Below, in pieces: positions 13,801 to 27,900 of a DNA stretch of 64,000 nt. Below the pieces are notes generated by a model that was given only the letters and a program-made list of their open reading frames with translations, was not told where the DNA came from and did no database searches. The DNA is from Eledone cirrhosa. Taxonomy: Eukaryota. Where the stretch lies: positions 1 through 64,000 of the forward strand of contig CAXHJY010000054.1 in assembly GCA_964016885.1 (NCBI GenBank), written 5' to 3'. Positions within the stretch are counted from its first letter, which is position 1. Each line of letters starts with the position of its first letter. The translations under genes and the position numbers were made by a program.

Positions 13801-14445
13801 GCTAAGCTATCCTAAGCTAAGCTAAGCTAAGCTATCCTAAGCTAAGCTAAGCTATCCTAAGCTAAGCTAAGCTAAGCTATCCTAAGCTAAGCTATCCTAA
13901 GCTAAGCTAAGCTAAGCTAAGCTAAGCTAAGCTATCCTAAGCTAAGCTAAGCTAAGCTATCCTAAGCTAAGCTAAGCTAAGCTAAGCTAAGCTAAGCTAT
14001 CCTAAGCTATCCTAAGCTAAGCTATCCTAAGCTAAGCTATCCTAAGCTATCCTAAGCTAAGCTATCCTAAGCTAAGCTAAGCTAAGCTATCCTAAGCTAA
14101 GCTATCCTAAGCTAAGCTATCCTAAGCTATCCTAAGCTATCCTAAGCTAAGCTAAGCTAAGCTATCCTAAGCTAAGCTAAGCTAAGCTATCCTAAGCTAA
14201 GCTAAGCTAAGCTAAGCTATCCTAAGCTAAGCTAAGCTAAGCTATCCTAAGCTAAGCTAAGCTAAGCTATCCTAAGCTATCCTAAGCTAAGCTATCCTAA
14301 GCTATCCTAAGCTAAGCTATCCTAAGCTATCCTAAGCTAAGCTAACCTAAGCTAAGCTATCCTAAGCTATCCTAAGCTAAGCTAAGCTAAGCTATCCTAA
14401 GCTAAGCTAAGCTAAGCTATCCTAAGCTAAGCTAAGCTAAGCTAT
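4895..14445 (+). repeat. Block B, copy 1 (about 9.5 kb; copy 2 at about 35525-45045, offset 30630 then 30600)
   Basis: AGCCAACC 4921/35551, GCAAT 6606/37236, TTTATCC 7751/38381 and GCTAACC 11341/41971 give offset 30630. GCTAACC 11961/42561 and 14341/44941 give offset 30600. Confidence 0.93.
10240..11980 (+). repeat. About 620-bp higher-order unit, roughly three tandem copies (also in block B copy 2)
   Basis: GCTAACC at 10721, 11341 and 11961 (620-bp spacing) with matching run-length patterns; 41351, 41971 and 42561 in copy 2. Confidence 0.88.
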
Positions 14446-17400
14446 GCTAAGCTAAGCTAAGCTATCCTAAGCTAAGCTAAGCTATCCTAAGCTAAGCTAA
14501 GCTAAGCTATCCTAAGCTAAGCTAAGCTAAGCTATCCTAAGCTAAGCTAAGCTAAGCTATCCTAAGCTAAGCTAAGCTAAGCTATCCTAAGCTAAGCTAA
14601 GCTAAGCTATCCTAAGTTAAGCTAAGCTATCCTAAGCTAAGCTAAACTAAGCTAAGCTAAGCTAAGCTAAGCTATCCTAAGCTAAGCTAAGCTAAGCTAA
14701 GCTAAGCTATCCTAAGCTAAGCTAAGCTAAGCTATCCTAAGCTAAGCTAAGCTAAGCTATCCTAAGCTAAGCTAAGCTAAGCTATCCTAAGCTAAGCTAA
14801 ACTAAGCTAAGCTAAGCTAAGCTAAGCTATCCTAAGCTAAGCTAAGCTAAGCTAAGCTAAGCTATCCTAAGCTAAGCTAAGCTAAGCTATCCTAAGCTAA
14901 GCTAAGCTAAGCTGTCCTAAGCTAAGCTAAGCTAAGCTATCCTAAGCTAAGCTAAGCTATCCTAAGCTAAGCTAAGCTAAGCTATCCTAAGCTAAGCTAA
15001 GCTATCCTAAGCTAAGCTAAGCTATCCTAAGCTAAGCTAAGCTAAGCTATCCTAAGCTAAGCTAAGCTAAGCTATCCTAAGCTAAGCTAAGCTAAGCTAT
15101 CCTAAGCTAAGCTAAGCTATCCTAAGCTAAGCTAAGCTATCATAAGCTAAGCTAAGCTAAGCTATCCTAAGCTAAGCTAAGCTAAGCTATCCTAAGCTAA
15201 GCTAAGCTATCCTAAGCTAAGCTAAGCTAAGCTATCCTAAGCTAAGCTAAGCTAAGCTATCCTAAGCTATCCTAAGCTAAGCTATCCTAAGCTAAGCTAA
15301 GCTAAGCTATCCTAAGCTAAGCTAAGCTATCCTAAGCTAAGATAAGCTAAGCTATCCTAAGCTAAGCTAAGCTAAGCTATCCTAAGCTAAGCTAAGCTAT
15401 CCTAAGCTATCCTAAGCTATCCTAAGCTAAGCTAACCTAAGCTATCCTAAGCTATCCTAAGCTAAGCTAAGCTATCCTAAGCTATCCTAAGCTAAGCTAT
15501 CCTAAGCTATCCTAAGCTAAGCTATCCTAAGCTAAGCTATCCTAAGCTAATCTATCCAAAGCTATCCTAAGCTAAGCTATCCTAAGCTATCCTAAGCTAA
15601 GCTAAGCTAAGCTAAGCTAAGCTAAGCTAAGCTATCCTAAGCTAAGCTATCCTAAGCTAAGCTATCCTAAGCTATCCTAAGCTAAGCTATCCTAAGCTAT
15701 CCTAAGCTAAGCTATCCTAAGCTAAGCTATCCTAAGCTATCCTAAGCTAAGCTATCCTAAGCTATCCTAAGCTAAGCTATCCTAAGCTAAGCTATCCTAA
15801 GCTATCCTAAGCTAAGCTATCCTAAGCTATCCTAAGCTAAGCTATCCTAAGCTATCCTAAGCTAAGCTATCCTAAGCTAAGCTAAGCTAAGCTATCCTAA
15901 GCCAAGCTAAGCTAAGCTATCCTAAGCCAAGCTAAGCTAAGCTATCCTAAACTAAGATAAGCTATCCTAAGCTAAGCTAAGCTATCCTAAGCTAAGCTAA
16001 GCTAAGCTATCCTAAGCTAAGCTAAGCTAAGCTATCCTAAGCCAAGCTAAGCTAAGCTATCCTAAGCTAAGCTAAGCTATCCTAAGCTAAGCTAAGCTAA
16101 GCTATCCTAAGCTAAGCTAAGCTAAGCTATCCTAAGCTAAGCTAAGCTAAGCTATCCTAAGCTAAGCTAAGCTAAGCTATCCTAAGCTAAGCTAAGCTAT
16201 CCTAAGCTAAGCTAAGCTATCCTAAGCTATGCTAAGCTATCCTAAGCTAAGCTAAGCTAAGCTATCCTAAGCTATCCTAAGCTAAGCTATCCTAAGCTAA
16301 GCTAAGCTAAGCTATCCTAAGCTAAGCTAAGCTATCCTAAGCTAAGCTAAGATAAGCTACCTAAGCTAAGCTATCCTAAGCTATCCTAAGCTAAGCTATC
16401 CTAAGCTATCCTAAGCTAAGCTATCCTAAGCTAAGATATCCTAAGCTAAGCTAAGCTAAGCTATCCTAAGCTAAGCTAAGCTATCCTAAGCTAAGCTAAG
16501 ATAAGCTACCTAAGCTAAGCTATCCTAAGCTATCCTAAGCTAAGCTATCCTAAGCTATCCTAAGCTAAGCTATCCTAAGCTATCCTAAGCTAAGCTATCC
16601 TAAGCTATCCTAAGCTAAGCTAAGCTAACCTAAGCTAAGCTATCCTAAGCTAAGCTATCCTAAGCTAAGCTATCCTAAGCTAAGCTAAGCTAAGCTATCC
16701 TAAGCTAAGCTAAGCTAAGCTATCCTAAGCTAAGCTAAGCTAAGCTATCCTAAGCTAAGCTAAGCTAAGCTAAGCTATCCTAAGCTAAGCTAAGCTAAGC
16801 TATCCTAAGCTAAGCTAAGCTATCCTAAGCTAAGCTAAGCTAAGCTATCCTAAGCTAAGCTAAGCTAAGCTATCCTAAGCTAAGCTAAGCTAAGCTATCC
16901 TAAGCTATCCTAAGCTATCCTAAGCTATCCCAAGCTAAGCTATCCTAAGCTAAGCTAAGCTAAGCTATTCTAAGCTAAGCTATCCCAAGCTAAGCTATCC
17001 TAAGCTATCCTAAGCTAAGCTAAGCTAAGCTATCCTAAGCTAAGCTAAGCTAAGCTATCCAAAGCTAAGCTAAGCTAAGCTATCCTAAGCTAAGCTAAGC
17101 TATCCTAAGCTATCCTAAGCTAAGCTATCCTAAGCTAAGCTATCCTAAGCTAAGCTATCCTAAGCTATCCTAAGCTAAGCTAAGCTATCCTAAGCTAAGC
17201 TAAGCTATCCTAAGCTATCCTAAGCTAAGCTATCCTAAGCTAAGCTCTCCTAAGGTAAGCTATCCTAAGCTATCCTAAGCTATCCTAAGCTAAGCTAAGC
17301 TAAGCTATCCTATCCTAAGCTAAGCTAAGCTAAGCTATGCTAAGCTAAGCTAAGCTATCCTAAGCTAAGCTAAGCTAAGCTATCCTAAGCTAAGCTAAGC

Positions 17401-18853
17401 TATCCTAAGCTAAGCTAAGCTAAGCTATCCTAAGCTAAGCTAAGCTATCCTAAGCTAAGCTAAGCTAAGCTATCCTAAGCTAAGCTAAGCTATCCTAAGC
17501 TAAGCTAAGCTAAGCTATCCTAAGCTAAGCTAAGCTATCCTAAGCTAAGCTAAGCTAAGCTATCCTAAGCTAAGCTAAGCTAAGCTATCCTAAGCTAAGC
17601 TAAGCTAAGCTATCCTAAGCTAAGCTAAGCTATCCTAAGCTAAGCTAAGCTAAGCTATCCTAAGCTAAGCTAAGCTAAGCTATCCTAAGCTAAGCTAAGC
17701 TAAGCTATCCTAAGCTAAGCTAAGCTAAGCTATCCTAAGCTAAGCTAAGCTAAGCTATCCTAAGCTAAGCTAAGCTAAGCTATCCTAAGCCAAGCTAAGC
17801 TAAGCTATCCTAAGCTAAGCTAAGCTAAGCTATCCTAAGCTATCCTAAGCTATCCTAAGCTAAGCTAAGCTAAGCTATCCTAAGCTAAGCTAAGCTATCC
17901 TAAGCTAAGCTAAGCTAAGCTATCCTAAGCTAAGCTAAGCTATCCTAAGCTAAGCTAAGCTAAGCTATCCTAAGCTAAGCTAAGCTATCCTAAGCTATCC
18001 TAAGCTAAGCTATCCTAAGCTATTCTAAGCTAAGCTAAGCTATCCTAAGCTAAGCTAAGCTAAGCTATCCTAAGCTAAGCTAAGCTAAGCTATCCTAAGC
18101 TAAGCTAAGCTAAGCTATCCTAAGCTAAGCTAAGCTATCCTTAGCTAAGCTAAGCTAAGCTATCCTAAGCTATCCTAAGCTAAGCTATCCTAAGCTAAGC
18201 TATCGTAAGCTATCCTAAGCTAAGCTAACCTAAGCTAAGCTAAGCTAAGCTATCCTAAGCTAAGCTATCCTAAGCTAAGCTATCCTAAGCTAAGCTATCC
18301 TAAGCTATCCTAAGCTATCCTAAGCTATCCTAAGCTAAGCTAAGCTAAGCTATCCTAAGCTAAGCTAAGCTAAGCTAAGCTAAGCTATCCTATGCTAAGC
18401 TAAGCTATCCTAAGCTATCCTAAGCTAAGCTATCCTAAGCTAAGATATCCTAAGCTATCCTAAGCTAAGCTATCCTAAGCTATCCTAAGCTAAGCTATCC
18501 TAAGCTAAGCTATCCTAAGCTAAGCTATCCAAAGCTATCCTAAGCTAAGCTATCCTAAGCTATCCTAAGCTAAGCTAGGCTAAGCTATCCTAAGCTAAGC
18601 TAAGCTAAGCTATCCTAAGCTAAGCTATCCTAAGCTAAGCTATCCTAAGCTATCCTAAGCTAAGCTATCCTAAGCTATCCTAAGCTAAGCTATCCTAAGC
18701 TATCCTAAGCTAAGCTATCCTAAGCTAAGCTATCCTAAGCTAAGCTATCCTAAGCTATCCAAAGCTAAGCTATCCTAAGCTAAGCTAAGCTAAGCTATCC
18801 TAAGCCAAGCTAAGCTAAGCTATCCTAAGCTAAGCTAAGCTAAGCTATCCTAA
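14361..18853 (+). repeat. Block C, copy 1 (about 4.5 kb; copy 2 at about 50055-54547, offset 35694)
   Basis: CTATG 14442/50136, CATAAG 15141/50835, CTCTCCTAAGG 17245/52939, TATCGT 18201/53895, TAAGCC 18801/54495. One visible difference: CTGTC at 14912 versus CTATC at 50606. Confidence 0.93.
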
Positions 18854-21800
18854 GCTAAGCTAAGCTAAGCTATCCTAAGCTAAGCTAAGCTATCCTTAGC
18901 TAAGCTAAGCTATCCTAAGCTAAGCTAAGCTAAGCTATCCTAAGCTATCCTAAGCTAAGCTATCCTAAGCTAAGCTATCCTAAGCTAACCTAAGCTATCC
19001 TAAGCTAAGCTATCCTAAGCTAAGCTATCCTAAGCTAAGCTATCCTAAGCTATCCTAAGCTAAGCTAAGCTAAGCTATCCTAAGCTAAGCTAAGCTAAGC
19101 TATCCTAAGCTAAGCTAAACTATCCTAAGCTATCCTAAGCTAAGCTATCCTAAGCTAAGATATCCTAAGCTATCCTAAGCTAAGCTATCCTAAGCTATCC
19201 TAAGCTAAGCTATCCTAAGCTAAGCTATCCTAAGCTAAGCTATCCAAAGCTATCCTAAGCTAAGCTATCCTAAGCTATCCTAAGCTAAGCTAAGCTAAGC
19301 TATCCTAAGCTAAGCTAAGCTAAGCTATCCTAAGCTATCCTAAGCTAAGCTATCCTAAGCTATCCTAAGCTAAGCTGTCCTAAGCTATCCTAAGCTAAGC
19401 TATCCTAAGCTAAGCTATCCTAAGCTATCCTAAGCTAAGCTATCCTAAGCTAAGCTATCCTAAGCTAAGCTAAGCTAAGCTATCCTAAGCCAAGCTAAGC
19501 TAAGCTATCCTAAGCTAAGCTAAGCTAAGCTATCCTAAACTAAGCTAAGCTATCCTAAGCTAAGCTAAGCTAAGCTATCCTAAGCTAAGCTAAGCTAAGC
19601 CATCCTAAGCTAAGCTAAGCTAGGCTATCCTAAGCAAAGCTAAGCTAAGCTATCCTAAGCCAAGCTAAGCTAAGCTATCCTAAGCCAAGCTAAGCTAAGC
19701 TAAGCTAAGCTAAGCTAAGCTATCCTAAGCTAAGCTATCCTAAGCTATCCTAAGCTAAGCTATCCTAAGCTATCTTAAGCTAAGCTATCCTAAGCTAAGC
19801 TATCCTAAGCTAAGCTATCCTAAGCTAAGCTAAGCTAAGCTAAGCTATCCTAAGCTAAGCTAAGCTAAGCTATCCTAAGCTAAGCTAAGCTATCCTAAGC
19901 CAAGCTAAGCTATCCTAAGCTAAGCTTTCCTAAGCTATCCTAAGCTAAGCTATCCTAAGCTAAGCTATCCTAAGCTAAGCTAAGCTATCCTAAGCTAAGC
20001 TAAGCTAAGCTATCCTAAGCTAAGCTATCCTAAGCTAAGCTATCCTAAGCTATCCTAAGCTAAGCTATCCTAAGCTAAGCTATCCTAAGCTAAGCTATGC
20101 TAAGCTAAGCTATCCTAAGCTAAGCTAAGCTAAGCTATCCTAAGCTAAGCTAAGCTAAGCTATCCTAAGCTAAGCTAAGCTAAGCTATCCTAAGCTAAGC
20201 TAAGCTATCCTAAGCTAAGCTAAACTAAGCTATCCTAAGCTAAGCTAAGCTAAGCTATCCTAAGCTATCCTAAGCTAAGCTATCCTAAGCTATCCCAAGC
20301 TAAGCTATCCTAAGCTAAGCTAAGCTAAGCTATCCTAAGCTAAGCTATCCTAAGCTAAGCTATCCTAAGCTATCCTAAGCTAAGCTATCCTAATCTATCC
20401 TAAGCTAAGCTATCCTAAGCTATCCTAAGCTAAGCTATCCTAAGCTATCCCAAGCTAAGCTATCCTAAGCTAAGCTAAGCTAAGCTATCCTAAGCTAAGC
20501 TATCCTAAGCTAAGCTATCCTAAGCTATCCTAAGCTAAGCTATCCTAAGCTATCCTAAGCTAAGCTATCCTAAGCTATCCTAAGCTAAGCTATCCTAAGC
20601 TATCCTAAGCTAAGCTAAGCTAAGCTATCCTAAGCTAAGCTAAGCTAAGCTATCCTAAGCTAAGCTAAGCTAAGCTATCCTAAGCTAAGCTATCCTAAGC
20701 TAAGCTATCCTAAGCTATCCTAAGCTAAGCTATCCTAAGCTAAGCTCTCCTAAGGTAAGCTATCCTAAGCTATCCTAAGCTATCCTAAGCTAAGCTAAGC
20801 TAAGCTATCCTAAGCTAAGCTAAGCTAAGCTATCCTAAGCTAAGTTAAGCTAAGCTATCCTAAGCTAAGCTAAGCTAAGCTAAGCTATCCTAAGCTAAGC
20901 TAAGCTAAGCTCTCCTAAGCTAAGCTAAGCTAAGCTATCCTAAGCTAAGCTAAGCTATCCTAAGCTAAGCTAAGCTATCCTAAGCTAAGCTAAGCTATCC
21001 TAAGCTAAGCTATCCTAAGCTATCCTAAGCTAAGCTATCCTAAGCTAAGCTAAGCTAAGCTATCCTAAGCTAAGCTATCCTAAGCTAAGCTATCCTAAGC
21101 TATCCTAAGCTATCCTAAGCTAAGCTATCCTAAACTATCCTAAGCTAAGCTATCCTAAGCTAAGCTAAGCTAAGCTAAGCTATCCTAAGCTAAGCTAAGC
21201 TAAGCTAAGCTATCCTAAGCTAAGCTAAGCTAAGCTATCCTATGCTAAGCTAAGCTAAGCTATCCTAAGCTATCCTAAGCTAAGCTATCCTAAGCTAAGC
21301 TATCCTAAGCTATCCTAAGCTAAGCTATCCTAAGCTAAGCTAAGCTAAGCTAGCCTAAGCTAAGCTATCCTAAGCTAAGCTATCCTAAGCTATCCTAAGC
21401 TATCCTAAGCTAAGCTATCCTAAACTATCCTAAGCTAAGCTATCCTAAGCTATCCTAAGCTAAGCTAAGCTAAGCTATCCTAAGCTAAGCTAAGCTAAGC
21501 TAAGCTATCCTAAGCTAAGCTAAGCTAAGCTATCCTATGCTAAGCTAAGCTAAGCTATCCTAAGCTATCCTAAGCTAAGCTATCCTAAGCTAAGCTATCC
21601 TAAGCTATCCTAAGCTAAGCTAACCTAAGCTAAGCTATCCTAAGCTAAGCTATCCTAAGCTATCCTAAGCTAAGCTAAGCTAAGCTATCCTAAGCTAAGC
21701 TAAGCTAAGCTATCCTAAGCTAAGCTAAGCTAAGCTTTCCTAAGCTATCCTAAGCTAAGCTATCCTAAGCTAAGCTATCCTAAGCTATCCTAAGCTAAGC

Positions 21801-24800
21801 TATCCTAAGCTATCCTAAGCTAAGCTATCCTAAGCTAACCTAAGCTAAGCTATCCTAAGCTAAGCTATCCTAAGCTATCCTAAGCTAAGCTATCCTAAGA
21901 TATCCTAAGCTAAGCTATCCTAAGCTATCCTAAGCTAAGCTAAGCTAAGCTAAGCTATCCTAAACTAAGCTAAGCTATCCTAAGCTAAGCTAAGCTAAGC
22001 TATCCTAAGCTAATCTAAGCTAAGCCATCCTAAGCTAAGCTAAGCTAGGCTATCCTAAGCAAAGCTAAGCTAAGCTATCCTAAGCCAAGCTAAGCTAATC
22101 TATCCTAAGCTAAGCTAAGCTAAGCTATCCTAAGCTAAGCTAAGCTAAGCTATCCTAAGCTAAGCTATCCTAAGCTATCCTAAGCTAAGCTATCCTAAGC
22201 TATCTTAAGCTAAGCTATCCTAAGCTAAGCTATCCTAAGCTAAGCTATCCTAAGCTAAGCTAAGCTAAGCTATACTAAGCTAAGCTAAGCTAAGCTATCC
22301 TAAGCTAAGCTATCCTAAGCTAAGCTAAGCTAAGCTATCCTAAGCTAAGCTAAGCTAAGCTATCCTAAGCTAAGCTAAGCTAAGCTATCCTAAGCTAAGC
22401 TAAGCTAAGCTCTCCTAAGCTAAGCTAAGCTAAGCTATCCTAAGCTAAGCTAAGCTAAGCTCTCCTAAGCTAAGCTAAGCTAAGCTATCCTAAGCTAAGC
22501 TAAGCTAAGCTATGCTAAGCTAAGCTATGCTAAGCTAAGCTAAGCTAAGCTATCCTAAGCTAAGCTAAGCTAAGCTATCCTAAGCTAAGCTAAGCTAAGC
22601 TATCCTAAGCTAAGCTAAGCTAAGCTATCCTAAGCTAAGCTAAGCTAGGCTATCCTAAGCTAAGCTAAGCTAAGCTATCCTAAGCTAAGCTAAGCTATCC
22701 TAAGCTAAGCTAAGCTAAGCTATCCTAAGCTAAGCTAAGCTAAGCTATCCTAAGCTAAGCTAAGCTATCCTAAGCTAAGCTAAGCTAAGCTATCCTAAGC
22801 TAAGCTAAGCTAAGCTATCCTAAGCTAAGCTAAGCTAAGCTATCCTAAGCTAAGCTAAGCTATTCTAAGCTAAGCTAAGCTAAGCTATCCTAAGCTAAGC
22901 TAAGCTAAGCTATCCTAAGCTAAGCTAAGCTAAGCTATCCTAAGCTATCCTAAGCTATCCTAAGCTAAGCTAAGCTATCCTAAGCTAAGCTAAGCTAAGC
23001 TAAGCTATCCTAAGCTAAGCTAAGCTAAGCTATCCTAAGCTAAGCTAAGCTATCCTTAGCTAGGCTAAGCTAAGCTATCCTAAGCTAAGCTAAGCTAAGT
23101 TATCCTAAGCTATCCTAAGCTAAGCTATCCTAAGCTAAGCTATCCTAAGCTATCCTAAGCTAAGCTAACCTAAGCTAAGCTAAGCTAAGCTATCCTAAGC
23201 TAAGCTATCCTAAGCTAAGCTATCCTAAGCTATCCTAAGCTAAGCTAAGCTAAGCTATCCTAAGCTAAGCTAAGCTAAGCTAAGCTATCCTAAGCTAAGC
23301 TAAGCTAAGCTAAACTATCCTAAGCTAAGCTAAGCTAAGCTATCCTAAGCTAAGCTAAGCTATCCTAAGCTATCCTAAGCTAAGCTATCCTAAGCTAAGA
23401 TATCCTAAGCTATCCTAAGCTAAGCTATCCTAAGCTAAGCTATCCTAAGCTAAGCTATCCAAAGCTATCCTAAGCTAAGCTATCCTAAGCTATCCTAAGC
23501 TAAGCTAAGCTATCCTAAGCTAAGCTAAGCTAAGCTATCCTAAGCCAAGCTAAGCTAAGCTATCCTAAGCTAAGCTAAGCTAAGCTATCCTAAACTAAGC
23601 TAAGCTATCCTAAGCTAAGCTAAGCTAAGCTATCCTAAGCTAAGCTAAGCTAAGCTATCCTAAGCTAAGCCAAGCTAAGCTATCCTAAGCTAAGCTAAGC
23701 TATCCTAAGCCAAGCTAAGCTAAGCTATCCTAAGCTAAGCTAAGCTAGGCTATCCTAAGCTAAGCTAAGCTATCCTAAGCTAAGCTAAGCTAAGCTATCC
23801 TAAGCTAAGCTAAGCTAAGCTATCCTAAGCTAAGCTATCCTAAGCTAAGCTATCCTAAGCTAAGCTATCCTAAGCTATCCTAAGGTAAGCTATCCTAAGC
23901 TATCCTAAGCTAAGCTAAGCTAAGCTATCCTAAGCTAAGCTAAGCTAAGCTATCCTAAGCTAAGCTAAGCTATCCTAAGCTAAGCTAAGCTAAGCTATCC
24001 TAAGCTAAGCTAAGCTAAGCTATCCTAAGCTAAGCTAAGCTAAGCTATCCTAAGCTATCCTAAGCTAAGCTATCCTAAGCTATCCTAAGCTATCCTAAGC
24101 TAAGCTATCCTAAGCTAAGCTAAGCTAAGCTATCCTAAGCTAAGCTATCCTAAGCTAAGCTATCCTAAGCTAAGCTATCCTAAGCTATCCTAAGCTAAGC
24201 TATCCTAAGCTATCCTAAGCTAAGCTATCCTAAACTATCCTAAGCTAAGCTATCCTAAGCTATCCTAAGCTAAGCTAAGCTAAGCTATCCTAAGCTAAGC
24301 TAAGCTAAGCTATCCTAAGCTAAGCTAAGCTAAGCTATCCTTAGCTATCCTAAGCTAAATTATCCTAAGCTAAGCTATCCTAAGCTATCCTAAGCTAAGC
24401 TATCCTAAGCTATCCTAAGCTAAGCTATCCGAAGCTATCCTAAGCTAAGCTATCCTAAGCTAAGCTATCCTAAGATAAGCTATCCTAAGCTATCCTAAGC
24501 TAAGCTATCCTAAGCTATCCTAAGCTAAGCTAAGCTAAGCTAAGCTATCCTAAACTAAGCTAAGCTATCCTAAGCTAAGCTAAGCTAAGCTATCCTAAGC
24601 TAAGCTAAGCTAAGTCATACTAAGCTAAGCTAAGCTAGGCTATCCTAAGCTAAGCTAAGCTAAGCTATCCTAAGCCAAGCTAAGCTAAGCTATCCTAAGC
24701 TAAGCTAAGCTAAGCTATCCTAAGCTAACCTAAGCTAAGCTATCCTAAGCTAAGCTAAGATAAGCTATCCTAAGCTAAGCTAAGCTAAGCTATCCTGAGC

Positions 24801-24999
24801 TAAGCTAAGCTAAGCTATCCTAAGCTAAGCTAAGCTAAGCTATCCTAAGCTATCCTAAGCTATCCTAAGCTAAGCTATCCTAAGCTATCCTAAGCTAAGC
24901 TAAGCTAAGCTATCCTAAGCTAAGCGAAGCTAAGCTATCCTAAGCTAAGCTAAGCTAAGCTATCCTAAGCTAAGCTAAGCTAAGCTATCCTAAGCTAAG

Positions 25000-27900
25000 C
25001 TAAGCTAAGCTATCCTAAGCTATCCTAAGCTATCCTAAGCTAAGCTATCCTAAGCTATCCTAAGCTAAGCTAAGCTAAGCTATCCTAAGCTAAGCTAAGC
25101 TAAGCTATCCTAAGCTAAGCTAAGCTAAGCTATCCTAAGCTAAGCTATCCTAAGCTATCCGAAGCTAAGCTAAGCTAAGCTATCCTAAGCTAAGCTAAGC
25201 TAAGCTATCCTAAGCTAAGCTAAGCTAAGCTATCCTAAGCTAAGCTAAGCTAAGCTATCCTAAGCTAAGCTATCCTAAGCTATCCTAAGCTAAGCTATCC
25301 TAAGCTATCCTAAGCTAAGCTATCCTAAGCTAAGCTATCCTAAGCTATCCTAAGCTAAGCTATCCTAAGCTATCCTAAGCTAAGCTATCCTAAGCTAAGC
25401 TAAGCTAAGCCAACCTAAGCTAAGCTATCCTAAGCTAAGCTAAGCTAAGCTATCCTAAGCTAAGCTAAGCTAAGCTATCCTAAGCTAAGCTAAGCTAAGC
25501 TATCCTAAGCTAAGCTAAGCTAAGCTATCCTAAGCTATCCTAAGCTATCCTAAGCTAAGCTATCCTAAGCTATCCGAAGCTAAGCTAAGCTAAGCTATCC
25601 TAAGCTAAGCTAAGCTAAGCTATCCTAAGCTAAGCTAAGCTAAGCTATCCTAAGCTAAGCTATCCTAAGCTATCCGAAGCTAAGCTAAGCTAAGCTATCC
25701 TAAGCTAAGCTAAGCTAAGCTATCCTAAGCTAAGCTAAGCTAAGCTATCCTAAGCTAAGCTAAGCTAAGCTATCCTAAGCTAAGCTATCCTAAGCTATCC
25801 TAAGCTAAGCTATCCTAAGCTATCCTAAGCTAAGCTATCCTAAGCTAAGCTATCCTAAGCTATCCTAAGCTAAGCTATCCTAAGCTATCCTAAGCTAAGC
25901 TATCCTAAGCTAAGCTAAGCTAAGCCAACCTAAGCTAAGCTAAGCTATCCTAAGCTAAGCTAAGCTATCCTAAGCTAAGCTAAGCTATCCTAAGCTAAGC
26001 TAAGCTAAGCTATCCTAAGCTAAGCTAAGCTATCCTAAGCTAAGCTAAGCTAAGCTATCCTAAGCTAAGCTAAGCTATCCTAAGCTAAGCTAAGCTAAGC
26101 TATACTAAGCTAAGCTAAGCTATCCTAAGCTAAGCTATCCTAAGCTATCCTAAGCTAAGCTATCCTAAGCTATCCTAAGCTAAGCTATCCTAAGCTATCC
26201 TAAGCTAAGCTATCCTAAGCTATCCTAAGCTAAGCTAAGCTAAGCTATCCTAAGCTAAGCTAAGCTAAGTTATCCTAAGCTAAGCTAAGCTAACCTAAGC
26301 TAAGCTAAGCTAAGCTATCCTAAGCTAAGCTAAGCTAAGCTTTCCTAAGCTATCCTAAGCTAAGCTATCCTAAGCTAAGCTAAGCTAAGCTATCCTAAGC
26401 TAAGCTAAGCTATCCTAAGCTAAGCTAAGCTAAGCTATCCTAAGCTAAGCTAAGCTAAGCTATCCTAAGCTATCCTAAGCTATCCTAAGCTAAGCTATCC
26501 TAAGCTAAGCTAAGCTAAGCTATCCTAAGCTAAGCTAAGCTAAGCTATCCTAAGCTAAGCTATCCTAAGCTATCCGAAGCTAAGCTAAGCTAAGCTATCC
26601 TAAGCTAAGCTAAGCTAAGCTATCCTAAGCTAAGCTAAGCTAAGCTATCCTAAGCTAAGCTAAGCTAAGCTATCCTAAGCTAAGCTATCCTAAGCTATCC
26701 TAAGCTAAGCTATCCTAAGCTATCCTAAGCTAAGCTATCCTAAGCTAAGCTATCCTAAGCTATCCTAAGCTAAGCTATCCTAAGCTAAGCTAAGCTATCC
26801 TAAGCTAAGCTAAGCTAAGCTATCCTAAGCTAAGCTAAGCTATCCTAAGCTAAGCTAAGCTAAGCTATCCTAAGCTAAGCTAAGCTATCCTAAGCTAAGC
26901 TATCCTAAGCTATCCTAAGCTAAGCTATCCTAAGCTATCCTAAGCTAAGCTATCCTAAGCTATCCTAAGCTAAGCTATCCTAAGCTATCCTAAGCTAAGC
27001 TATCCTAAGCTATCCTAAGCTAAGCTAAGCTAAGCTATCCTAAGCTAAGCTAAGCTAAGCTATCCTAAGCTAAGCTATCCTAAGCTATCCTAAGCTATCC
27101 TAAGCTAAGCTATCCTAAGCTATCCTAAGCTAAGCTAAGCTAAGCTATCCTAAGCTAAGCTAAGCTATCCTAAGCTAAGCTATCCTAAGCTAAGCTCTCC
27201 TAAGGTAAGCTATCCTAAGCTAAGCTAAGCTATCCTAAGCTAAGCTAAGCTAAGCTAAGCTAAGCTAAGCTAAGCTAAGCTAAGCTAAGCTATCCTAAGC
27301 TAAGCTAAGCTAAGCTATCCTAAGCTAAGCTAAGCTAAGCTACCTAAGCTAAGCTAAGCTAAGCTATCCTAAGCTAAGCTAAGCTAAGCTATCCTAAGCT
27401 AAGCTAAGCTATCCTAAGCTAAGCTAAGCTAAGCTATCCTAAGCTAAGCTAAGCTATCCTAAGCTAAGCTAAGCTAAGCTATCCTAAGCTAAGCTAAGCT
27501 AAGCTATCCTAAGCTAAGCTAAGCTAAGCTATCCTAAGCTAAGCTAAGCTATCCTAAGCTAAGCTAAGCTAAGCTATCCTAAGCTAAGCTAAGCTAAGCA
27601 ATCCTAAGCTATCCTAAGCTAACCTATCCTAAGCTAAGCTAAGCTAAGCTAACCTAAGCTAAGCTATCCTAAGCTAAGCTAAGCTAAGCTATCCTAAGCT
27701 AAGCTAAGCTAAGCTATCCTAAGCTAAGCTAAGCTATCCTAAGCTATCCTAAGCTAAGCTATCCTAAGCTATCCTAAGCTATCCTAAGCTAAGCTAAGCT
27801 ATCCTAAGCTATCCTAAGCTAAGCTAAGCTATCCTAAGCTAAGCTAAGCTATCCTAAGCTAAGCTAAGCTAAGCTATCCTAAGCTAAGCTAAGCTAAGCT

